Positions 11,300 through 23,716 of a DNA stretch of 64,000 bases are shown here, in pieces. The stretch is from Perna viridis (taxonomy: Eukaryota). Position 1 is the first letter of the stretch; each line of letters opens with the position of its first letter. The DNA is taken from the NCBI GenBank assembly GCA_037379345.1, contig CM074511.1, positions 10,416,001 through 10,480,000 of the forward strand, read 5' to 3'. The notes under the pieces are model-generated. The model was given only the letters and a program-made list of their open reading frames with translations. It was not told the origin of the DNA and ran no database searches. Both the position numbers and the translations under genes were made by a program.

Positions 11300-14200
11300 A
11301 GATTACAATTAACACCATGCCTTTGATGCACTATTAGAGTAAACAAAATACTATTGACAAATTAAATTTTGTAGAAAATAAATGTTATTATAGCGAGGTA
11401 TTTACGCATAAAAGGTTAGATGTTGTAGAGATACAAAAAGCACTGTTGAGTGGTAAAAATGAGACCAAGAGCGAACAATGCTTTGACTACCCAACATTTT
11501 CGTTTGGAATGCTTGTAAACACGTTGTTATTTTTAATCAGGTATATAACGGTACAACATCAGCATCCGATTAAGCAGACGAGCTTTTCCAAGAAATCATA
11601 AAGTTGAAGAAAAATGACCCCCATAAACTTGTTAGTGATTACCTGAACATAAGCAGTGTAAGGCATAAATTTGGAAGTATAAAAGAGTTCCTCATAACAC
11701 ATTTTAATATTTTCTTCGTATCTGAAACCAAACTTGACAACTCATTTCTTTACAGTCAGTTACGTTTTCTGTTGACAATTACAGTCTAGGGAGAGCTGAT
11801 AGAGACTGCCATAAAGGAAGGGTCGTGGTCTATATGAGATCAAGTCTTGCTGGGGAAAAGAAATCAGACCTAGCTTTAAAGAACATAGAATCTGTTACTG
11901 TTGAGTCTTTCTGACCAATGAAAAATTCCGTAAAGACTTTAACGAGACATCCGAAAACCTCTTTTCAAAGTATGAAATATTTTCGTCAGTAGTTTAAACT
12001 GTTTCAAAGGTACAGTCAAACCATGCCTAAACTTTACTAAAAGTCAACGTAAACAAAAACAAAGATGTGTTGAAGCTTTTAAAGATTTCGCCAGCAACAA
12101 TTTTTCAAATGATATTGCAATTATAGATTTTGATTTAATTTAAAATGTGAAAATGTAAATGATGCTTACAATAATTTTAGTTGTAAAATTACTAAAGTAG
12201 CAAAGAAACATTCTCCATTTGAAGAGAGACGTATTAAATACAATCATTACCATATATGAATGTAACTCTAAGAAAAGCTATTTATAAAAAAAAGTTTGCT
12301 TTATCACAATTTTCAAAAATGTAGAACTTCAGAAAACTGGGTAATTTACACAAAACAGGGAAATTATGTAACAAAGTTTTAACAAAAGTCCATGAATCAA
12401 TATTTTGTTGAATGATGTCTGTGGGGATCAAAGCCTAAGGACTTCTGGCCCATTACTTAACCTTTTTCCACTAATAAAGGCTGTAATGTATCAAAAGACA
12501 CTATTTTGTCAGAAAATGATAATTGGATCACTGATCAAAAACAAGTGCCAAAAATTTTTAATAATCATTCAACGGGTCATAGTTTTCCTTTCCTCGTTTG
12601 TCTACCCCGGACTTGACTTTTTATGGGCAACTCGACGGGTGTTTCTAGAAAAGCAGAGGACGCTTACCCTACCGGTGCACCTGGTCCATGCTGGTTTTTA
12701 GTGGAGTCCGAGTTGCTCATTTACTTTTGTTACTTTGTATGTATGATTTTAATTACTTTGTTGTTTACTTTGTTCTTTGTTGTGTATGTCTGTTTTCCAT
12801 GTCTGGTCTTTGTCCCTGGATTACATTCTTTTGATTACCGCTATAACCTTGATTACTCTTTTGTTAATATAGCTAGAGATATTGGTGATCCAAGTGTTAT
12901 TATTATCAATGAACATCCCAGCACTGTCAAACTTGATAAAATTATGAAAAAAAAAAGAAATAAATGATTGCTGTTTTTAAAATGTAGATGAACATTTTGT
13001 TTAAAAGTAGATAAAAAGTATTAGTGTTAAACAATCTACAGGTGTACATAATATGTCGCCATTGTTACTCAAATGTGCATCACTTGCTATTGTTAAACCA
13101 AACTTGTAAATATATGTCTCGGTCATCTTCCGTTTTTTTTTTTTTTTTTTTTTTTTTGGATAACTAAGGACCACCAAAATATGCCCTATACACAAAAAAC
13201 AGGGCTTTTTTTTAGAAAAAGGTAATTATAGGCCTGTAAGCGGTTTGCCTACAGTTTCAAAATTATTAGAACGCGCCATTTACTGTCAATTATCTGAATG
13301 TTTTGAAAAAGTTTTAGTTCTTTCTCAGCAGCGTTCATGGCAGGTGGAGGCACTGCTCATGGATTTATCAAAAGCTAGTGATTGCCTCCCCCATTACTAG
13401 TTGCTATTGAAACTTCAAGATTATGGAACCAGTGACAGCTCTCTCAGACTCTTAACAAGTTATCTGAGTGACAGAAAACAATGCGATAAAGCTGGACAAA
13501 ATATCAGTTTCTTTCAGAATTTGATAAAAGATATTCCTTTCCTAGGGGTCTATTCTGGACCCTTAATGTTTAACATTTTTCTCAACGACATCTTTAGTTT
13601 TGTTAATGAATCTACTTCGTACAATTATGCAGATGACAATAAAGTCTCCTATGCAGACAATGATCCAATAACTGAAAAACAGTACTTGAAACCGAGAGCA
13701 AAACTCTTATAAAATGGTTTCATATATGTTCTCTTGTGTATCGGCCATCAATTAAACCGTATGAGATAATTATTTACTATTCTTTCATTATGTCAAATAA
13801 ATTTCTTTTTGTTTGTTCATTTGGCACTTTTGCTCAGAGGCAAACACGAAAAAGATTGGGAAATTTCAAGAAAAAGTTCTTAGATTTATTCAGCAGAATA
13901 AAACTCGCTCTCTGAAAAGTTGCTACTCCCATCCCTTAAAATCATACGCTTGAAAACAATAAGCATTGAAACTTTTTAGATCATTGATAATGAAAGTCCA
14001 ATATTTATACAAGATCTTGTATCAATTAAAAATAATTCTTGTTACTTCAGGTATACCAAAAAATGCAGAAATACCCAGAGTAAAGGGCACCAGGTATGGT
14101 CTAAAATCCTTCAGACATTCAGCCCCAAAGATTAGGAATGATCTCCAGAATGAACTAAGAAAGCAGAGAAATATAAATCAGTTCAAGATTCTCATAAATA

Positions 14201-14522
14201 CATTGGTAGGATCCACCTGCTTATGTACATGTATTATCCATTGATTATCCATATACATTATCTTTGTTTTCCTTTGTTTTGTTTTGTTTTTTTATGCTAC
14301 CTTAGTTTCGCGTGCATTATGTGTGTATTACGGTAGTTCTTTATATGTTTTATCCTATCTCTTGTGTATTTACATGTTGGTATATATCTGCATGCGTGTA
14401 TGTCTTTTAAACATGTGTGATGTTTGTATGCTTATATATAGTCGGTATATAAGCTTCTGAGAGCTTACGTTATTTGTTACATGAACTCATTCACCCGACG
14501 TTAAATAAAAATTACTTACTTA
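11300..14522 (+). mobile_element. Decayed LINE (CR1/L2-group) ORF2 with AP endonuclease and reverse transcriptase
   Basis: Endonuclease motifs YLNISSVRHK and FVSETKLDNS (11604-11789). RT motifs GNYRPVS (about 13220), LLTSYLSDRKQ, GPLMFNIFLND and NYADDN (13401-13712). C-terminal YGLKSFRHSAPKI.N.L. The 3' end is aaataaaattacttactta. The segment is absent from the paralogous unit at about 29000. Confidence 0.85.
12570..12860 (+). mobile_element. Penelope-like element 3' fragment nested in the LINE
   Basis: gaaaagcagaggacgcttaccctaccggtgcacctggtcc...ttgattactctt. The same sequence follows the Penelope-like RT at 34165-34863. Confidence 0.7.
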
Positions 14523-17500
14523 TCACGTATTTATTCACTTTCCCGGTTTTTATGATTTTTTTCTGACTATTCATTTTTGGACTTAACGTTATTCCGTTTG
14601 ACAATTCCTGAATATGTCAAAACTTTTATTCTAGTAGACAAAACACGTGACGATTAAATTATGTGTCCCTCAAATACTGACAACAGCTACGTAACAATTA
14701 AGATGATTACAATAGACAGCATTAAGAGCCAAAAAGTGAACACCTTTAACCATGAATCCGACGTTTTGTACTGAACTTTGTTTAAAGTAAAGCTGCTATC
14801 TATGCTTATCTGAAAACCAATTAACATAGACTTTCCCTCGGTGAATATAAATGTATCTAATCAAAGCTTACTCTGTCACCAAAAGGAAATTACAAGTAAC
14901 AATCAATTTATCGTTAATTTTTGTTTGCTAAAGGAATGTAACTTTCAATCAATCTCCCAATTTGTTTACTCAGTCCCTACCTATATATGACCTCTTGTAT
15001 TATGAATGTTTCATACAAAATTTTGCACCAGCCGCTCGACTTTTTTATTTAAGATCAGTACTTTATTACTCAACATTCCTTTTTATGACTGAATTGAAGA
15101 AAAGTGTGGGAATGGACTGAACAGAAATCGAATTTTATCTCATCTTACAACTACAAGTAATAGATCTTATTCAGCTACTGAGTTGCAAGTGACGGTATGT
15201 ATCGAAAGACGGGAATAATAAATATAAAGAGAACAACTCGTTGAAGACTCCTTAGTCTTTAATAACTTTCCTGATACGTGAAACACTGAATATATTAATT
15301 ACAAGTCATGAAAACGGATACAACATTGACACTGTGACCTTACTGGGAAATTCCTATTTATAGAAGATATTGTTATAATCACATTTTGCTGTTCGGAAAC
15401 CTCTAACATAGTCTTCCAAGTCTTAAACTTAATACTAAATAAATGCGGTCGGATAAAATGCACTAATAGATCATAGTACTTACATTTGTTTACGAGCACA
15501 CCCAAATGATGAATTTGGTGTATTAACTACATGCCTTATACCCTTTTGAGAGTAACACGGTCGTTAGTGTGTTGATAGTTGTTGGTCGGTTTGGAATACG
15601 ATCTTCGAGAAGCTTTAACATACGTGTATGTCTTACCTGAGGTAGATCCCAAGAGTACATCGAAATTAATGTTTTGGCAATGTGCACAATAAAACCGTAT
15701 ATCCAAAATTTATTTTCTAGTATTTTGTCGAAATGTATTATCAAGTCTTACACTGAGATTCTTCCTAACTGAGTGTCATAAAAAAAGAACAACGTGTCTT
15801 TCCGGGAAAAAAACACGAAAAAAAATCTATCAACTACTTTTCAAGTATACTGTAACAAAAGTGAAGAACTTTGAATGATTTGAGGGGAAATGTTTTAACA
15901 AGACCCACTCCCTTATATTTTCTGGTGATGAATTATAGGGTTCGTCTATTTGTTATGTGAAATGACTACAATTACAGTAGAAATAATTCTTAAACTAATC
16001 TTTAACTCATTTCGATTTGTAATGTCTACTAACTGGGCCTTTTATTAATTAGAGTAATAATTTAATACGTACCGTTCGTTCGGTTACGAAGAAATGCGTA
16101 TCGCTGCGATTATGGAAGAAAGCAAACTTTTAAATGATAACTGTCGCCCATTAATTCTTAGCTTTATTTATTTTCCTTGTAGTTTTTTTAAAATAATTTT
16201 ACTATTTTATTTTATAACCAGAATAAAAAAATAGAAAGTTAATGTATTTTGAATTTTTAAAACGAGAATTGTTTTTTCTTTGCAAAATATTTGCAAAAGC
16301 TGCACATCATTTTAATATTATAATGGCTATGTGTGGAACCTTATTTAAAAGTATATAATATCACAATTGCTACTTCAGTTTCTGATCTTTTACAGCCATT
16401 GACTATCGCTTTTCTGAATATATGATATAGACATGTAATTCATTTCTCGTTTACTATGACCTGTGTATAAATTCGTGTTTTAACGCGAGTGTTTATCCAG
16501 GATTTCATGTTCGGGTCAAATGGCAAGCGAAACGGGGGAAAATAAATTTGGATGTAGAATTTGTGAAAATCAAGATTTAATGCAAATAAAATTAATATTC
16601 TTCCCAACTTCAGGGCAATGTGGAGTAAACCCGGCACGCCCGTCTTCTGATCCACGCCTGAATGCATTACCTCATACGTGGTGTGTTTAGACTCAATAAT
16701 ATGCATGGATATGTATATTCAGATATAATACTCATAACTTAATTTTACAATTAAGTACTATTATCGAAGGAAGATTAGCGTGCTAAAATTAGGCATTTTT
16801 TTATTTAGTTACTCGTATGCGGGCATTCTGCATTCAGAAATGTCGTTGTTTGAAAACAAGAATTTTGAATTATTTTCGGACAAACATAATGTAGGCAGTT
16901 GTGGATCTAGACTAACAAACGTGTACATGTAGTATAGTTATAGGAAAGTAGCAACTGTAAATGAAACGAAATTCATTTTAAAGAGACAATAGTGTAGCAA
17001 AAGGTCGTAAAATCAAATAACAAACAAACAATAGTTTTTAGTAGCTTACGGTTCAGTTGAGTTACGTTCGTTTCAGGCGAGCGCCAATTCGGGAAAAGGT
17101 CTCCCGTTAATGTTTTTAATGCACCTACCTAACGCATGGCGAATTTTGGTATGGATAGAAAGAAAAGTCATCATAGCTTAAGACTTGATTGGTCGTAAAA
17201 GTTTCCCGTGGTCACGTTTCTTAAAAATCTCGCGAGATCAAAGATATGTCGAAAAGCTCGTAATTATACAGTGAGATTCAATTGAATATATTTTTAAACT
17301 TTTGATGCTGATTTATTTCTTTTCTTAATAGCAAGATAAACCATTGTCATAAAAAGGAGAAAATCTTGATAAAACAATATTAAACTATAAATAACCAAAT
17401 GTAACGACATTAATGTCGTCCCCCTTAAAACAGCAAAAAAACATTATATTACTTTAGATTTCTTATCAAAATAAGCTATTTGAACTTTAATAAGTTTTTT

Positions 17501-17929
17501 TTTTTAATCTTATTTCGAATGCATTTAAGCGATTTATTTACTTAATGGAGATCAATGATGCGACTTAATATGTTTACAAGCCTTTAAAATAAATAGCAGT
17601 GGAGCCGTTTTCCGGATTGTTTTTCGAGTTTATCCCGGCCTCGTTTTATTCATTGTGTAAATTGAAATATTCCTTAAAAAGATTGCATACTCTGCCTCTG
17701 AAACGTATACAAAGACAAAACATTGGCATCGTTGTATTATATGCCAAACTCACACAGCAGAAACTAACCGCCTATCAACTGATAAAATATTCCCAACTTT
17801 AATGCTTTAAGGCAGGAAAGGTGATGTATATAGAATGTTACTTATTGAATGTGATCCATTCGATGACATTCCTTCAAACTAAATTAGGCATCACAAAAGT
17901 TATTACAAGACTCATACAAGTAAACGACA

Positions 17930-18033
17930 CCTTAGGTTCTTTGTTGTGTAAGTCTGTTTTCCATTTCTGGTCTATGGCCTAGGATTACATTCTTTTGATT
18001 TCCACTTGAATTTTGGTTCCCTTGATTACTCTT
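17930..18033 (+). repeat. Extreme 3' fragment of the same Penelope-like family
   Basis: ttctttgttgtg..tctgttttcc...ggattacattcttttgatt...cccttgattactctt. Confidence 0.6.
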
Positions 18034-19851
18034 CAATCTCAGTCGTGTTTTTCATTATAATTTAAAATGTAAAAAAACTCACTCGAAGAAAAACTACTTT
18101 TTTGGGGTACATGTCCAAACCAATTGAATATCTAATACCATACACAATTGTATGCAAAAAGATCAACTCCATCGTATTCATTTGTATTTCAAAATACAGC
18201 ACAACTTTTGCGTGATACAAAATCGGCAAAAACTCAAATGAGAACAAGTTCGAGTACCATTCATGTGACTTATCAAATCTATAAGTGTAGAGTTGCTGAA
18301 AAAAAATACAAATATCGCTTTCTGCACACAGAAAAGTTATTCCAACACGCGTCGTTTAATAGACTTACTCATTTTTTTATAAATATTTCGTGGACAGCAT
18401 AGTTATTGATGTGAATCATGGTCAGGGGGAGTCAAACTTTGTATAAAGTAGTTTTTTCACAACTGTCTTAGGAACTCAGAGTATTTAGTTTACAAACTGG
18501 AAAAAAAGAATGTGTAAAACTACGAATGTCTGCGTAAACTTCAGAAAAAGAAACCAAAATACTTTATTTGGAAGCTTCAGTTCTAAGACGCAAAATTAGG
18601 ATTACTGTTCTTCAATAAATATCCTAGTGTGAACAAAATGACACTGATGAAATCTTTAGAGACTTTGCTTTCTTTATCGACACGATTTATTACATGACTT
18701 ATTGATGATAAATCTTACAGCAATGTAGAAAAAAGAACATTTGTTTGAATTCCTTTTGTTTATATAGGAAAAAGTTAAGATTTGTTCGAATGCATTGTGT
18801 CATAGCTTACAAAGGCTCTAGTCACACTTTGTATTGTCATCTCTAAAAAAATGCAATTGCTCAAAATCGAAGGTCATAATTTCTAATTGAGCACTTATAC
18901 TTTCATAGAATCCTTGCTTCATATCACGAGGTTTGACTGTACATTGCATTTGACCACCTTTGCATGTTTTTACTTGATATATTCCCACTGTTTTCTGCCA
19001 TTACGATGTCAAAGTTGACATGAATGGCTGAAATAGTAGATGGAAAGTATTCTTTTTACTCAATTGTTAGTGCCGCATTTCATGTTTGTAATGAGGTAAG
19101 CCGCAAGAAAATTAAATACTTGGCAACGTAATCAGAGAATCACCAGTTGTCGAATAAAAACCCAGCTAATAGACGAAAATAAAAGTTCCGTTGCTTAATA
19201 CTGGTGCAAATAAAGCATAGAGCTGATACTGTTCAGAACAAATAGGCTTTTCTAAGCTTTTGGAATGTTTCCTTTCCATGTCGAAACCTCTAATTACATG
19301 GTACTTCTTCAGAAATTTACCACGTACTATTGTTGACAGAGCTACCATGTAAATTACCTACAAGTAACAGACAGCAAATTCTTTTGTGTACTTTGTTCAA
19401 CAAGCAGAAATACAATATCAGTGGTGTGCTGATATATGTGAGCAGGCATGTCGACAATTTTCTGCGCATACTTGAGCGTATGTTTTCAGTTACACATTCT
19501 GTGGTTTGGTAGCTTTTATACTCTGCCGTGTTTTAATTTACCATTAGGAAAAAAATGGAAAATGGGAGTCTTAAAGTTTGATATATGTTGGTAGATACAG
19601 ATTTATATGCAGTTACTCCTACGAACCTAATGTTTTCAGGAAAACAACCCAACTATGCCGTACTTCTGTGTAAGACATATAGCCGACTAAAGCTGCTCAA
19701 AAAGACCTTCCCAAAGATATATAATATAGCCGTGTGTTAGATAGGTGCATTAAAAACCTCGAAAGCCCTTGTTCGGTACTCGCCTATTTACGGCGAAAAA
19801 GTGGAAATATCAGTTGTTAGGAATGTATGGACGAACAATATTCTAACGTAC

Positions 19852-20041
19852 CATCGTCTTTGATGTTAAGAATACAAGATGGCAGAGAACTCAAGTGCGT
19901 TCCATTACATGTTATAACAGGACTATCCTCCAAACTATATCCTTTGTGACATATATAACCGACAGCTTCATGAATTCCATGTCTGCTTTTAGTTGATGTT
20001 ATGCACCCATTAGCAATTGTTGATGGTTGACTACAAACCAT
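19852..20041 (-). CDS. Sushi/CCP domain exon, type A copy 2 (possibly degenerating)
   Basis: MVCSQPSTIANGCITSTK...LEDSPVITCNGTHLSSLPSCILNIKDD. ATG at 20041, donor GAT G|gtacgt (phase 1). The conserved Trp is replaced by Leu and there is an extra Cys. Confidence 0.7.
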
Positions 20042-21060
20042 GACAATGTTGTGTTACTATTGCACAATTTTGGTTTATGTTATAACCGAAAAAGGCTATG
20101 GATACAAGTTGCCTATCGTTTATTCGTCGACCATTGAAAACATATACATTCTATTCATTTCAATTATTTTGTAAGAAATTGGACGTTTGTACTGTGTTAT
20201 CTAATTTGCATTTGCTTTTATAATTGTATACAATACAGATCACTGTATGTTTTCTAAACTGAAATTGATATATTCTGTACAAGTTCACACCTAGAAATTG
20301 TGTCAGATGTAATGCAAAATACTTGAACCCGATTTTTTTTATGAAATCACAAATAACGTACATTTTTAAAACGAGACTTAAATATAAAAATAAGGATCAT
20401 GGATACACTAGGAACCTAAAAGTACAATACTATCAAACGAAAGTCAATGATTACATGTGATTAAAATTTAAAAGGGATTATGAGGGACTGATACATTTAC
20501 TATATCAGTTAACATTTATTGAGGAACTTAAACGTATTTGTCAAATAAAGGTATAAGTAAAACACTAGCAGGGGACAAATCAAACCACGAATACAGTATC
20601 AATTTAAAAAAAAATAGCTTACATAAATTCTTATCAAAAGCTTTAAAATATATATCACACACCTACTCTCAACTTCAAAAAAATGTAAGACTTTTTAAAA
20701 AAAAAACTGATTAAGACTGCAGATAATCCATGTATCTTAAAATGTCCAAGTATTAACTCTATAAATAAGTTCATGTTGACCTGTTTGTATTGTTGAGACG
20801 ATTTTAATTAATCCGTCAAGATACATTAAACACGTTTACAAGTCTGACGACTGCAATTGAATTATTCCGTCAACATGCCATACAAGACAAGTCAGCAACT
20901 CTGAAAGCAGCCTTTAAGCTCTTGAAGCGACGATTTTAATCAAAGACAGGGTCGTGTCATGTGGATAATGTTCCACATTCTTCAATTTAAAAAATATTGA
21001 TCTTGAGTTTTGTGTTTTAATTTCTCATCACTATAAAATAACATTTGATTTACTTTTTAT

Positions 21061-22614
21061 CAATTCAGATCGAGGATATGAATTGATATAGTCAGTGTCT
21101 ATACATTTGTAAAGCCTGATAGCATCTGCAAATTATCTTGCACTACGGCAGTAAAATAGTCACATTTTCATACCCATTTAGCTTCAAATGCAGATAGTTA
21201 AGTCCACTTTACAGGTATTTCTGATATACCAAATTTAGTTCTATGTCATTCACACCAATAAAGAAACCCAAAAAAAAGAACTTTTACTAAATATGCTGAT
21301 TAATTAGGACTGCACATTTGTATTAACAACGATCCAATTAAATATAGCTGACCTCTAACCTCTTATCAGTACCTGTTTATTTCTATGCAACCAGCCATTC
21401 AGTGTCGATATATTCAAGTTGTCTGTTTTTAGACGCATAATTAACCATTTGATGTTGAGCTAGAAACGAAAACCCTACGAGGTTATAAATGGTCATCGAT
21501 CATATAAATGGTATATAAAAAGGAATGCTGAAGCTGTCTTCGGATATTTCATGCAGGCCTTTGCGGATCCAAATATTTACAAAAAGGGACAGTGGATCCG
21601 ATCAAGAAACTTAAATAAAGAAAGGGGTTCAATGCTTTTATTTGCCACTTATCATTTGTTTTGCCAAATGTTTTACAAAAGGGCTGCATAATCCCCGAAA
21701 CCATTCCAATATATTGCTCACTGTATCGTGTATTTTATTACAGTTACCGGCTCGTGACATCAGAAGCCCTGAGATGACAAATAAAGATAATACTCTTGCT
21801 TAGACGATGGCATAGGCATTTCAATAATGCATTTCTCGGGAATGGAGTCAGTCCGTGGTCTGGTGATATTGCTTATAATAATCATTCTATTGGGCTGTGT
21901 TGGGCATGTGTAACGATAATAAAGCTGCAGGTGCTGCAGGTGCCCCAGGGCCTTAACTGAAGTGCATGGCTAGTGTTGTCTGAACAAGACATAATTGTTG
22001 AAATTATATTCGTAGACTTTGGCATTTATGTTAATGTACTCTGTCCGAACTAGGTGCCTAAGAAACTATGAACTTTAAATGACACATAGGTATCTATGCG
22101 ATGAATTGTAGCAATTGAGTGTAAAGCTTATCAACAGGTATGCAGCTACTTGAGAGGGACATGTATCTGATGGCATGATTTATTTCAATGATTTTGCCTT
22201 AGGTTTGAGTGATTGATTTGACAAAATGTTTCGACCTGGAGGTCAATAAATTGAATTTCGACTTGAAAATTTAAAAGCTAGTAGTTTGTAGTTCAGTTAA
22301 AAAGCATGTCGGAGAGTTTTGGGTTAATTCATCTGGGTGTTCCAGGTAAACTAACATCGAACCTGAATGCTACGATGTATCACGAATATGGTATGTGATC
22401 TTTTTTAATGTCCTTCGTAATCAGAATGGTGAATTTAAAAAAAATCAAGGAATTCAATATTTACCATTTACAACAATAAGCTTATGTTTAGATACGTTTG
22501 AATTTGATCCCTACACTTCTTTTATCCCCAATTTTTGTTATTTGATGCCTATTTGGGGCTTAAAAATTCAAACGATCGAAATAAATTGATTCAGTACATG
22601 AGTACTTTGATTAT
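21061..22614. repeat. Unclassified ~1.55-kb dispersed repeat, copy 1
   Basis: It is an insertion relative to the paralogous positions near 9255 and 31915. It is homologous to 49890-59420 (interrupted) and 63320-64000 (gcatctgcaattatctt.cactac.gcag.aaaatagtc...cgtaatcagaatg). Confidence 0.8.
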
Positions 22615-22827
22615 AATGTTAAACCACCTTGCCTCCATCGATAGTGTCGCATTTAAAGAGTTATTATACAAGTATACTGTCTTTGTTGATAATTGATGCA
22701 TTAGGTAATAAAACCTAGTACTTCGATTGAAGTAATTAAGTAAAAAATATATACGCACTACTAGTATTAACTTTATAAACAGAAAATGTGTTTTTCATAT
22801 CTATGCAACGATAAATCAATATAATAA

Positions 22828-23215
22828 TAGGAGATGCGGTGTGGTTGCAAATGAGACAATTAACAGCCGAAAGTCAACAATTAAACCTCTTCAGGTTATC
22901 ACGGATACGGTCTTCAATGATGGGCAAAACCCAATCCGTAAAGCAAGCTGTAACTGGCCCAAAAATAAATGAAGCGAAACTAACCATAAAAGACAAAAAT
23001 TCACCTAATCTATAGACAAAACTTAAAACGAATGACAATGATTATTCCTGACTTTGGACAGGCATATAAAGTATGTGGCGGAATTAAACATGTTTGTAAT
23101 CGCTCAACCCTCCCCTAACCCGGGACAGCGGTGGAAAATACAACAATAAAACAAACTACAAACTTCCAAAATCTGTTGAATTCGGATTTAACTCTTGAGA
23201 TCGATACGGAATACA
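22828..23215 (-). mobile_element. Interspersed repeat resembling an abundant mussel Penelope-associated 3' sequence
   Basis: agatgcggtgtggttgcaaatgagacaa...cctgactttggacaggca...tgtggcggaattaaacatgtt...caaccctcccctaacccgggacag. Recognised from memory, not by search. Confidence 0.5.
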
Positions 23216-23499
23216 AACACTGATATATAGGGCAAAGGACAACAAACTCTTTTCTACCTCGAAAGAGGAGTCGGTGTTTCTGTAAGCAAGTTCAAAGCCC
23301 AAAAGTTAGTGATTGACACACTTTGTCTACTCAGACAAAAATATAAATAAAAACATGTCCAACATACATTTCCATGAAAATGTTTTTACACAGCAAATTA
23401 TAAATGTAAAATGTTATCATAGGATAAGTTTTTACATTTCAGATAAAATATGATATTGCACGCTGATTTATTTTTATATATATTGAAAAAAATACTAAC

Positions 23500-23716
23500 C
23501 ATCGTGAATGAATTCCAGAGAACATTTAGGACTCCCAATCCAAACGGTTTCGTTACACTTAATTGAAGGGCTACCGATCTGAGAGTATCCATTATGACAT
23601 ACTACACTTAGTATACAGTCTTTACCATATGGACCTGATTGTTCTGTAAAATATCCATTTTCTATTCCCCCTGCGGCGGGGCAAGTTTTACCTCCTTGTG
23701 TGCCACAGCCAGACAT
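23500..23716 (-). CDS. Sushi/CCP domain exon, type B copy 3
   Basis: MSGCGTQGGKTCPAAGGIENGYFTEQSGPYGKDCILSVVCHNGYSQIGSPSIKCNETVWIGSPKCSLEFIHD. ATG at 23716, donor GAT G|gttagt (phase 1). Confidence 0.8.
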
